Assembly: GCA_951406725.2 (NCBI GenBank)
Contig: OX597830.1
Coordinates: 25,296,001-25,360,000 of the forward strand
DNA length: 64,000 nucleotides
Direction: 5' to 3'
Source of the DNA: Octopus vulgaris
Taxonomy: Eukaryota
Numbering within the stretch: the first letter of the stretch is position 1; each line of letters opens with the position of its first letter. Made by a program: the position numbers and the translations under genes. The notes beneath the pieces are model-generated. The model was given only the letters and a program-made list of their open reading frames with translations, was not told where the DNA came from and ran no database searches. Positions 52,299-64,000 of the stretch are shown piece by piece.

Positions 52299-52300
52299 GA
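52096..52300. repeat. (CA)n plus (GATA/GACA)n microsatellites
   Basis: Directly visible. Confidence 0.95.
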
Positions 52301-52455
52301 GAGATTTGCTTGAAGCTAAGGAAAATACAGATGGCAAAAGCTGTGCGGCTCTATGCAAAGGAAATTCTTAAGCAGGCGGAATTTAAGTTCACATTCGTTT
52401 GAGCACTACTCTGTTTTCTATACTGAGCTTATTTGACTCTCACCAACTCATTGTG

Positions 52456-52537
<82 letters not shown>

Positions 52538-52554
52538 ATACACACTGACACAGT

Positions 52555-52763
52555 GGAAAGTTCCTGACTTTAAGGGTGTCGCAAAAGGCCTGGATGGAGG
52601 CCCAAATTTACAAGTTCTTTTACACGGCTTAGAAAAACCGAAGGACTGCTGCAATAAATGTGTGAATCTGAGAGGGGAAGTATGTTGAATAAAATCATAA
52701 TTAACCGACCCCTCTGTATTTTCTTTTACCCAAAGCCAGGAACTTTTCAACACCACCTCGTAT
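52555..52763. mobile_element. mariner-derived MITE
   Basis: Inverted ends AAAGTTCCTGACTTT and AAAGCCAGGAACTTT...CCTCG|TA. A second right-end copy lies at about 51497-51613. Confidence 0.7.
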
Positions 52764-53614
52764 ATGGGGGTAGCTCAGTCACTTCGTGTAGGGGAGAGAA
52801 TAACTGAGAAATATTCTTTCAAGTCCACTCTGAGTTATTTCTCTTAGTGGATTTTCGTTTTAACTATGCAAATAATTCTAGGCTATAAATATTTCTCTAC
52901 AAGTGCTATTAGTAACATTTAGTCCGGCTCCGATTAGATTTCCCTGGTGGAAATCCAACAGAGCAGAAACAAGACCTGTTAAAAGGACAGATGAACCTAA
53001 CGAATGCTTAGTGGCAATTTACAATTTTGGGGTTTGTGTCAGGCATGCGTTAGGACCATTTGGAAAGAGTTACCTCTTAGCTTTTGTTGAAGTATTTCTC
53101 TAGGAGAAGGTACAACTGTGTCCATAGCTAAACCGAAAGTAGAACAGAGCTGGCATTGTGGTTTCAGTAACCTCGGAAAACAGCCGGACATACAGAAGGA
53201 CAACGTTGAATATACGCAATCACTGTGAATAGGGCTTTCTAGGACATCATTCTAGGCCCCATGTAAAGTAATGCATTAGGCCCCTGCTTATCACAACGAC
53301 ATCATAGCTAGATTAAGACTGGGGACCGAGGGATTCCTGGGAAACTTCCAAGGGTGCTTTAGCGATACTGCCTGTGAGTGCCTGCGAAACGATAAAAGTG
53401 ATAGTAAATCGGGTGGGAAGAGAACTGATGGCTTCCCGACTGTATTCATCACGAAGAGAGCATGAAAATGAATGGTTTGCTGGCGTCTGAGGCCCTTGAC
53501 TTTCACCCATGAGGATAGAATATTCATTCGTTCGTGCAGTCATTCTTTCATTAGTTCGTTTAATCGGTCGTTCATTTATTCTTTCATTCATTTACTCGTT
53601 CAGTCGTAAATACG

Positions 53615-53950
<336 letters not shown>

Positions 53951-55732
53951 CACATATACATATACGTACAGACATATGTATATATATATGCATATACATA
54001 CATAACTTACGCACGCACGCACACACCCACACACATAGGTGAAGGTGGCTAAAATTTTAATAAATGTAAATTTGGGTTTTGTCTCCCTTGCAGTTTTTAA
54101 TAAGCACGGTCATTAATTAAATTGTCTTTTGATTCACCATGATAAATGTGTTAGCCAGTATTTAGCGCAAAACATATATTGTTTGATACGATTAAAATTT
54201 ACGAAATGGTTTCTTCAAAGTTTAGAAGTGTATAAAGAAATATATTCTTTTAATTGTAAAAATATAAAATAGACTTGAAACATTTGTTCGTTTGAAAATG
54301 AAACATTAATACAGTTCAATGTTTACAGCGGTATCACAAGACCACATTATTATCATAACTGGTAACCCTGAAGTTGCGGGACCCTTGAAAATTCCACGTT
54401 CTATAAATGTTTTCAAGATCTACATAGCTTGGTTTCATGTTAAAAATTTCGATTATGTCTCCAGTTACGTCTCATAGTTATACTTCTATGAGGAACAACA
54501 TGCAAGCTGTTTTGTTTATGCTAAAATTTCCGATTATGTCTTTGATATTGTCCCATAGTTAAAGATTGTTGAACGTACCACACTCAAACTTATATCATCA
54601 TGTTAAAGATTTCGGTTGTGTCTTCGATTTCTTTCCATAATTGAAGTTGTTTAAATGCGTAACACTCGAACACATGATGTGACAAACAGATTAATATTAC
54701 AGACATGTATACGAATTGAGATACCGTAAAATAAAGAATTTCACTGAAAATCTTTAAAGATGGTATTTACAAAATTTTTCATGCAATTCACTCTGTAATT
54801 ATGTATTATAATTTCCGTCACCTTCAGACTTTAATTTCCGTTCGTAGATCTTGCTACTCATGAAACCGTATTTCTCTAATGCCAACAATGTTGGCTGCTG
54901 CTTTGGGCTTAATCTGTCGATATATCCACGTTCGACCACTTCAGTCTTTCATCTTCTTTTATCATTCTATTCAAATGTAGGATGCTGCGGAAGAATATTA
55001 AATCAACTCCAGTATTTGACCAGTATTTCATTTTATTGAACCCCGATGAATGAAAGCAAAGTTAATCTCGGCGGAATTTGAAGTCAGGCTGTGAAACTAA
55101 ATACTACAGATCTGGCTTGTATGCCTCATTTAAGGATTCATTTTTTAATCTTCCCCCGCCTCTCTCTCTCTCAACACAGTAGATGAAGTTGATCTAGAAA
55201 AGATTTAGCATCTAATTCTAGCAAGTCGTGCTATTATAACCGAACCCTGCGACATAGTTATAAATAAACCATCCTCTCCGCAAAAAAAAAACCAAAAAAA
55301 AAAAAAAACAGACCCAAAATATAAATAAAAATAACTTTTAACACATAAACAAAGTCTGAAATTTTGGGGAGGAGAGTTGCTGATTATGTCACAGTTTGTT
55401 GCCATTTTCCATCTATGATTCTGGCATTTGGTGCATTGAAAACTTGAAAAGAATAAGAATAAATAAAAGAGGAGAGTTCACTCGATTCAATAGAATCTTC
55501 TACAGCATGGAACGTAAAGCAAGTAAGAAAAAAAAATCAAATGTTAGGACACTAAAATAAATGGAATTTAACGAGTTTGGTGTCCCTCATTGTAGAATCT
55601 GGATCTTCGGACACATTTAATTTCTGTTTGATTTTTAGTTTAACACCAATTTACCACGGAAATGATGCTCTGCATTTTTCCTGTCATGCTAAGTTCTTGT
55701 AGTGATAATTATCCATGTCCCATTAGGTCTAA

Positions 55733-56040
55733 TGTGGAGGCACATGGCCTAGTAGTTAGAGCAGCGGGCTCGCGGTCACGGATCGTGGGTTCGAATCTCA
55801 GAGTGGGTGACGTGTGTGTTTATGAGCGAAACACCTAAGTTCCACGCGGCTCCGGCAGAAGGTAATGGCGAATTTCTGCTGAATATTTCGCTACAACTTT
55901 CTTTCACTCTTTCCTCCTGCATCTAGCAGCTCACCTGCGACGGACCGGCGTCCCGTCCAGGTGGGGAACCTATACGCCAATGAAACCGGGAAGCCAGCCC
56001 TTATGAACCAGGCATGGCATGAGAAGGAACAAACAACATT
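55733..56040 (+). mobile_element. SINE family C with an alternative 3' module
   Basis: Same head as the 44438 copy. The tail CCTGCGACGGACCGGCGTCCCGTCCAGG resembles the V-SINE domain (recalled, not searched). Confidence 0.8.
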
Positions 56041-57264
56041 AGGTCTAATAAGGCCGAAATATGTCAAGAGTTGTTACCGTATTATCGAAAATCACATTCA
56101 GTCCCTTAATACAATCTATTTTTGATTAATATCGATTATTTTAAAATCCGGGATTGTTTCCCCTTACCATTCTTGAACAGAATTTGTAAATTAAATCATT
56201 GATCCACCTCCCCTCATGACTGATGTTGCTTTATCGTTTAGTCACGATGTAAGAGCAGTGCCCATGATGTTTTACTGGGCCTGTATGACAGGCGAAGTGG
56301 CGGAGAGAGGACGATATCCTTAAACCAGAGACGAAACTCGAACAGATTACGTTCTGCTAAAGGTAGGCGAGGACCAGGCGGTGGTGTTAATTCGGAAGAT
56401 GAATTAAATCTACCATCTAAATTTGAACTTAGGACACAAAAAGACAGGACATAGATGGCAAAGCATTCCTTTCGACACTGAAAAGACTCTGCCAGTTCAC
56501 TACTTAAGACTGATACTTTATTTATCGACCCTGGAAGGAGAGAAAGGCAAAATTGACCTCGACAGGATTTAAACTCAGAAAGCAAGAAACCGGAAACAAA
56601 CACCGCGATAACTTATTAATCGACCCCGGAAGGATAACTTTGACAGGATTTGAAACAAGCACACAAGAAACTGCAATAAATACCACTTGGTATTCGTCCG
56701 AATGTTCTAGCGTTTCTGCCAATTCGCCACCTATCACAATTACCATAATCACAGTTAATTAACATTTTTTTCCTCACTATATAATGTTTGTATCCCCTTT
56801 TTTAAGTAATTAATGCTTGAGTGATGAACGTCTAACTCAGGGATCGATAAACTTATTATCGACTCACTCATGGTGTTAATTATAATCAGCTCCCACCATA
56901 AATTTCTAAATTAAAATACAATTTATAAAAATATTTCTCATTCTTTTGTGTCATTACAGCTTTTTAAGGAGAAATATTCAAAGAAATTTTATGAAAATAC
57001 TTAACGAAATTAATAAAGAACAATATAAATTTAATCATTTTATATTGATATATTCAGAATATTTAATGTCTATCGATTCCTTAAATAGCTACATCGACTT
57101 TGAGGGATCAATATCGATCACTTTGCCGGCCTTTACTCCAACAGGAGGAACTGATGTGGTTGAATAATTTCTAACATAGTGGTTCTCAACTAATGACCAT
57201 TGGACATTTGGGAGTCCATGACTGAATTTCTTGTGGTCCACAGAAAAATCATCTGTCATATATT

Positions 57265-57893
57265 CTTTTCTACTCTTGGCACAAGGCCCGAAATTTTGGG
57301 GGAGGGGACCAGTCGATTAGATCGACCCCAGCACGCAGCTGGTACTTAATTTATAGACCCCGAAAGGATGAAAAGCAAAGCCGACCTCGGTGGAATCATC
57401 TGTCATATATTAACTGTACTCCGTCGGTTACGACGACGAGAGTTCCAGTTGATCCGATCAACAGAACAGCCTGTTCATGAAATTAACGTGCAAGTGACCG
57501 AGTATTCCACAGGCATGCGTACCCTTAACGTAGTTCTCAGGGAAATTCAGCATGACACAGAGTGTGACAAAGCTGCCCCTTTGAACTACAGGTACTACTC
57601 ATTTTTGCCAGATGAGTGAATTGCAGCAACGTGAAATAAAGTGTCTTGTTCAAGGACATAATGCAACGCTAGGCATCGAATTCACGACCTTACAACTTTG
57701 AACCGAATACCCTAACCACTAAGCCACGCGCCTTCACTCTGTAATATATTCTTTTCTACTCTAGGCACAAGGCCAAAAATTTTTGGGGAGGGGGCCAGTT
57801 GCTTAGATCGACCCCAGTACGCAACTGGTACTTAATTTATCGACCCCAAAAGGATGAAAGGCAAAGTCGACCTCGGCGGAATTTGAACTCAAC
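57265..57893 (-). mobile_element. three serially inserted SINEs (B, C-like, B)
   Basis: Family cores separated by copies of the target motif TCTGTCATATATT. Confidence 0.8.
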
Positions 57894-58084
57894 TCTGTCC
57901 TATATTACAACAGTATTAGACGTTAGGGTTTATCAGTTGTGTACTTGTATTTACTTAGTTTAGTTTTACTGTTGGGTTAAATTATTTGATGTTTAATTAA
58001 ATTTGGTCTGTTTTAATTTGGTTTAATTTCATTGATTATTTGCTCAAGGGATCCATGAAAATATTCAGTCAATCAAAGTGGTTT

Positions 58085-58385
58085 GGTCGAACAAATCAAT
58101 CCCAGTACTTATTCTATCGGTCTCTTGTATCGAACCTTTAAGTTACGGGGGTGTAAACTAACCAACACCGGTTTTCAAGCGGTAGTGGGGGACAAACATA
58201 AAGACACACATACACACAAATAGACAACGGGCTTCTTTCCGTTTCTGTCTATCAAGCCCGCATACAAGGCTTTGATCGGCTGGGACTATAGTAGAAGACA
58301 CTTGTCCAAAGTGCCGAACGGTGGGACCGAAACCAAGACTATATAGTTGGGAAGCAAGCTCTGTAACTAAACATCAACGCCTGCA
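58085..58385 (-). mobile_element. SINE family A, diverged
   Basis: Degenerate reverse complement of family A. Confidence 0.75.
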
Positions 58386-58386
58386 C

Positions 58387-58392
58387 AAAAAA
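58387..58392 (-). terminator. Pol III terminator (T6) of tRNA-Ile
   Basis: TTTTTT on the minus strand directly after the tRNA 3' end. Confidence 0.8.
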
Positions 58393-58397
58393 GATAG

Positions 58398-58512
58398 TGC
58401 CCCGGGTGAGGTTCGAACTCACAACCTCCGCATAACTATCGTCTTATGGTTTGAAACACAAGAAAAGTACTGTCTATAAGTACGGCGCGCTAACCGATTG
58501 TGCCACCGGGGC
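58398..58512 (-). tRNA. tRNA-Ile-TAT: tRNA-Ile(TAT) with a 41-nt intron (58434-58474)
   Basis: Acceptor stem GCCCCGG/CCGGGGC, anticodon stem CCGTA/TGCGG, loop CT-TAT-A with the intron after position 37, T arm GTGAG-TTCGAAC-CTCAC. A T6 terminator follows 5 nt downstream. Confidence 0.93.
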
Positions 58513-58695
58513 AGTTATAACAATCGGTTCGAAAAATAATGATTATAGAAAATTAAGTTTTTTGCCTGTAAAAACTTATTCTCGAATCAAAAAGCTAATT
58601 TAAATGCTGATGCATTAAATAATACGTCATTTTTAGTATGCAAAATATTATTTTACCATTTAATTATAATGTTAATAATAAATCAGTGACAGAAA

Positions 58696-59470
58696 GGCCG
58701 CGAGCTAGCAGAAACGTTAGTACGCCGGGCGAAATGCTTAGGAATTTCGTCTGCCGTTACGTTCTGAGGTCGACTTTGCGTTTCATCCTTTCGGGGTCGA
58801 TAAATTAAGTACCAGTTACGCACTGGGATCGATGTAATCGACTTAATCCCTTTGTCTGTCCTTGTTTGACCCTTCTATGTTTAGCCCCTGTGGGCAATAA
58901 AGAAATAAGAATCGTTTGCATGCAGGGTAAAATGTTTAGTGGCAATTTCGTCCGTCTTTGCGTTCCGAATTCAAATTCCGCCGAAGTCCACTTTGCCTTT
59001 TATCATTTCGAGGTCGATAAAATGAGTACCAGTTGAGTACTTGGGTCGATGTAATCGACTTATCCCCTCTCTCGTACTTGCTGGCCTTGTGCCAAAATTT
59101 GAGATCAATATTTAATAATAAATAAGTGAAGGAAAGGCATCGAGCTGGCAGACTCATTAACGCATCGGGCAAAATGCTTAGCGACACATCGGCCGTCTTT
59201 ACGTTCCGAACTCAAATTCTGCGGAGGTCGGCTATACCTTTTATCCTTTCGGGGTTGAATCCCTCCCCACCACACCGCCTCGGAATTTCTGGCCTTGTGC
59301 CAAAAATTGAAACCAAGGAATAAGTGAAGGCACGTGGCCTAGTGTTTAGAGGGGTTGTACTCCCGATCGCGATATCGTGGTTTCAATTCGCAGGCCGACT
59401 ACGTGTTGTGCTTTTGAGCAAAGCACCTCGTTTCACATTGATCCAGTCTGCTCAAGTGTAGATGAGAAAC
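58696..59470 (+). mobile_element. cluster of three SINE B copies and a SINE C head
   Basis: Repeated family B cores, then GTGAAGGCACGTGGCCTAGTG at ~59324. Confidence 0.8.
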
Positions 59471-60888
59471 GTTGCAACGGATTGGGGTTCAAAGGTGAGA
59501 TGATGACTGAGAAAAATCCCTTGGACGGAGGTCTCACAAGCTGCGTTTCGAGTTTAGCGATCGAAAAGGTGAATAGTACAACCCGCACTGTGAATCTCGA
59601 CTGGTTGAGATTGGTTGTTAAACAACGTCGACGGACATCAACAACAAATGATAAATCAAAAAATGTACAACTAGCCATTTTGTTTTGTTTCGATGAAACC
59701 TGCTACTGGTACCATATAAGCCGGTACTACTTGTTTCATGGTCGAGTTGTGGACCATTAAACCGGCTTCCCCACTTGAATAGCTTACTACGTTGTGAGGA
59801 GGGTGCCTAGACACCCAACAGGACTAAGAGCAAGATCTGTCAAATGCTAGATAAGTTTCTTGTTCAGAAGTCTTTCGTCACACATCTGTGACCTCTTCAG
59901 CGACACTTTTCGTTTCCGTGTGTGTTCTTGCACCACTTACTCCATTCTGTTCTTGTAGGATGTGTAAATAATACTCCTTCCTCTTTTTGATGTTATTCTT
60001 CCATGTTCTTCACGAGTTATTCCGCCGCAAGAACTTAAGCGTTAAAGCTACACGCTACAAATGTAGCGGCTATCGATGTTATTCTTTGCCATATGTACGC
60101 GTTACAACGTTGTCCATCACTTCAACAGCTGTCGTAATGTTACCTATCCTTGCTACAATTGGAGTCGTTACGTCTTCACATCAATAAGCATGACATAACT
60201 CGCTACACTGATAACCCCTACGTGCAGATACATCTGCCGCTACAAGTGGTTCGCACTATTTGTACCATCGGTATTGAAATATTTCAATCTTTCTCGATGG
60301 TTCTTTCACTCTTGTTTCCTTATCTGCTAGAAATCTGCTAAGAAACAAATGAATTTTAATCAAATTTTTTTAACATTTAAAATTATGTTTTCTTTAATTG
60401 ATACAAAAAAGTTATAGAAAGTATGCGAATAACAAGTTAGTTTCTATCAATTATCTCCCCTCTTTCTCCGTCTTGCATTTTTTTTCAATATAATTTCTGG
60501 TGAAAAATAAATTACAACATTTTGCATAATCATTCGGAAAAAAATCTGCATAATAAACAAATGTTCAACAGATTCTTTTCAATAACGATTTTTTAAAGAA
60601 AACCTCATAATTTCTCCCAACATTTTCACAGTTTTGGATTAAATTTTTCAATTAGAAACCCTAGTTTCTTGATTTCCGCGAAAACAATTTGTTCACAGCC
60701 AGAAAAAAAATCCCAATTAATACCAAATTTTAATACAATTTAAAAAAAAAATAAATTAATAATTATATTAGTTGGATTAAATTATTTTATTATTAATTCT
60801 CCCTCTGGTTCCATTTCTGATTTTTTTTTATGCTTTTGATTCTTATTTTTCCTTCTACTCCCTCCTCATTGCTGCTTTCTTTGACAGT

Positions 60889-61160
60889 CTTCTTCTTCTT
60901 CTTCTTCTTCTTCTTCTTCTTCTTCTTCTTCTTCTTCTTCTTCTTCTTCTTCTTCTTCTTCTTCTTCTTCTTCTTCTTCTTCTTCTTCTTCTTCTTCTTC
61001 TTCTTCTTCTTCTTCTTTTTCTTTTTCTTCTTCTTCTTCTTCTTCTTCTTCTTCTTCTTTTCTCTTTCTTCTTCTTCTTCTTCTTCTTCTTCTTCTTCTT
61101 CTTCTTCTTCTTCTTCTTCTTCTTCTTCTTCTTCTTCTTCTTCTTCTTCTTCTTCTTCTC
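60889..61160. repeat. (TTC)n microsatellite, ~270 bp
   Basis: Directly visible, with few interruptions. Confidence 0.97.
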
Positions 61161-62159
61161 ATCGTTCCTGTTTTACTCTCACCGTTGTGTCTTGTCTTAG
61201 ACCACAACTGACTAGGTTTGCAACCTCGTTTCTTTCGCTTCTTATGGACAAGTCGGATTCCTCTTGTTACAATATTTATTCCCTGGCAACACCTTCTGCA
61301 CAGAAACAGCTCGGTATGCAAGTAACTTACGATGTGTTGCCATGCTCCGAAAGCGAGTCATCTAAAGAGGTTGCTCGACGGTGAGCAGTAGGTGTAACCA
61401 CCGTTGGTGAACCATACTCTTTCACAGCTCAGCGTTTTGACTGAGGTAAACGTAGACCAAGTGTGGGCATTTACCGTTTGGAATGTCAATCGTTTACAGA
61501 TCTCTAGCAATCTGGCAATGCTGTTGGGGGAAACTCCAGAGCGAGGACGTTCTTGTGGAGAGTCAGAGCGTCGATGAAAACGGAATTTGAGTTCAGGGAT
61601 TATAGTCAAACTTCTAGAAATCCATGGTAGGGTAGGAATAAACTCTACAGACGCGGAACTGCCATTACTTCAGCCTGTCCGAGATGCATACAGAGCAACG
61701 AAACCGTTTTGTACATACTCGTTTAGTAACAGATCATTGCTGACATGTAAGACTATGTAGAATATTATGTATAAGACGAAACTAGGTGTTTTCTGAGTCC
61801 CTTGTAAAGATCGTACACTATCTTCCTCTGACAAGGAGAAGCTAGTAGTTTTCCTTTGACCTAAAAGGGGCTGAGGACAGGAATCTGTGTCTCCGACCAA
61901 GCTCTCATCGCGCTGTTCAGTTTCCACTAGAATCAGAAGGAGAGCAAGATGTAGTTCTCTACCAAATTTGATGAAAGGTGTGTACAAGAAATGAAACTGG
62001 TACTTGGGCCAGTTTTGCCTTTTAGCCTTTCGAGTCGATAAATAAGTAGGGTCGAAGTGATCGATTAGCACCACCTCTCCATGAATTTCAGACCTTGTGA
62101 AAGAATCATCATCATTATCATCATCATCGTCGTCGTCGTCGTCGTCGTTGTCATTATTG

Positions 62160-62815
<656 letters not shown>

Positions 62816-63533
62816 AATAATAATTGTTGTTGTTGTTGCCGCCGCCGCCGCTACTGCTGCTGTTTTTTAAAATTAATAACTGTATTTTGCTATTGTTGTT
62901 ATAAGTGCTCAATCCTTGATCATCTGTGATCGAGATAGAATATTCCAGCCATGGACATCCCGTACGTTCTTCTTCCGGTTGTGTATCTAAGACTGTTATT
63001 TGAGAAATATCTGGCAGCTATTTCTAGCACCGACAATGACGAAGTCAAATCTCATTTCTTTGCTCGCTTCTGTTGTTGGGGGTGGTTGTGATGTGACCGT
63101 TACTGCTGACGTCGCTGCAATGATAATGACGACGACGATGGCAACGACGACTACGATGATGATAATAATAATAATGGTGATGATGATGGTGATGGTGATG
63201 GTGATGATGAAGTCACCACCAATGAAGTCGAAGTCAACGATAACGACGACGACGACAATACGAATGGTGATGTCGTTTGCTGCTTTGTTGGTTATAAATT
63301 TAAACAAACGTACAACGTTGTTTCTCCGTTGTCATGTGACATATTGACTTTGAAATGGCGGGCTTAAGTAAACATTCAAGGGATCAGCATTTATTTATGA
63401 TTTTTTTTTTCATTTGAAGGAAACATCCGAGATCAGAGCGGATAAGATGTCAGCTTCGTTGCTTAGTAACGATAGCCACTGATTATGGTTTCCTGGCCAA
63501 CGAAATTCTCCCGTTTTTTTCATATATTTCTCA

Positions 63534-63835
<302 letters not shown>

Positions 63836-64000
63836 TTGTCTGTTTTTGTGGGACGTGTGGTGTGAAATGACTGAATAGGGCACTCCCCTCGCCAAAAAAA
63901 CCCCCACAAAACCCACCAAAAGTCAAGAATGGGAAGGAATTGAAGGTCAGGGCAAATATGAATTTACAAAACAAAACAAAAAATCTCATCACATGACTAC

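Noticed and set aside
60830-61384. Long poly-F/poly-S and poly-R/poly-E ORFs
   Set aside because: They are translations of the (TTC)n microsatellite.
61170-62074. Coding-like block with several short ORFs
   Set aside because: No recognisable motif or splice structure. Probably decayed mobile DNA that cannot be assigned by eye.

Overview
AT-rich, repeat-dense animal genomic DNA. The SINE, microsatellite and transposon content looks cephalopod (octopus-like); this is inferred from repeat style. There is one complete protein-coding gene: mitotic cyclin B on the minus strand (8 coding exons, 39244->26818, 386 aa, all introns phase 0). It has a double-CCAAT/CHR-type cell-cycle promoter and a 3' region carrying Pumilio, CPE and poly(A) motifs. 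There is one intron-containing tRNA-Ile(TAT) gene (58398-58512, minus). The rest is nested mobile DNA: a decayed pogo/POGK-like transposon, Tc1/mariner fragments, a 5.6-kb hAT-like element with an 8-bp TSD, Helitron/Helentron derivatives, piggyBac-like MITEs, two solo LTRs, LINE fragments (Tx1/L1, R4/Dong, CR1, RTE) and three tRNA-derived SINE families. The most unusual signal is a set of minimal type-I hammerhead-ribozyme-like motifs, one of them at the 3' end of a tRNA-headed SINE-like element. Most ORFs in the supplied track come from microsatellites or repeats.
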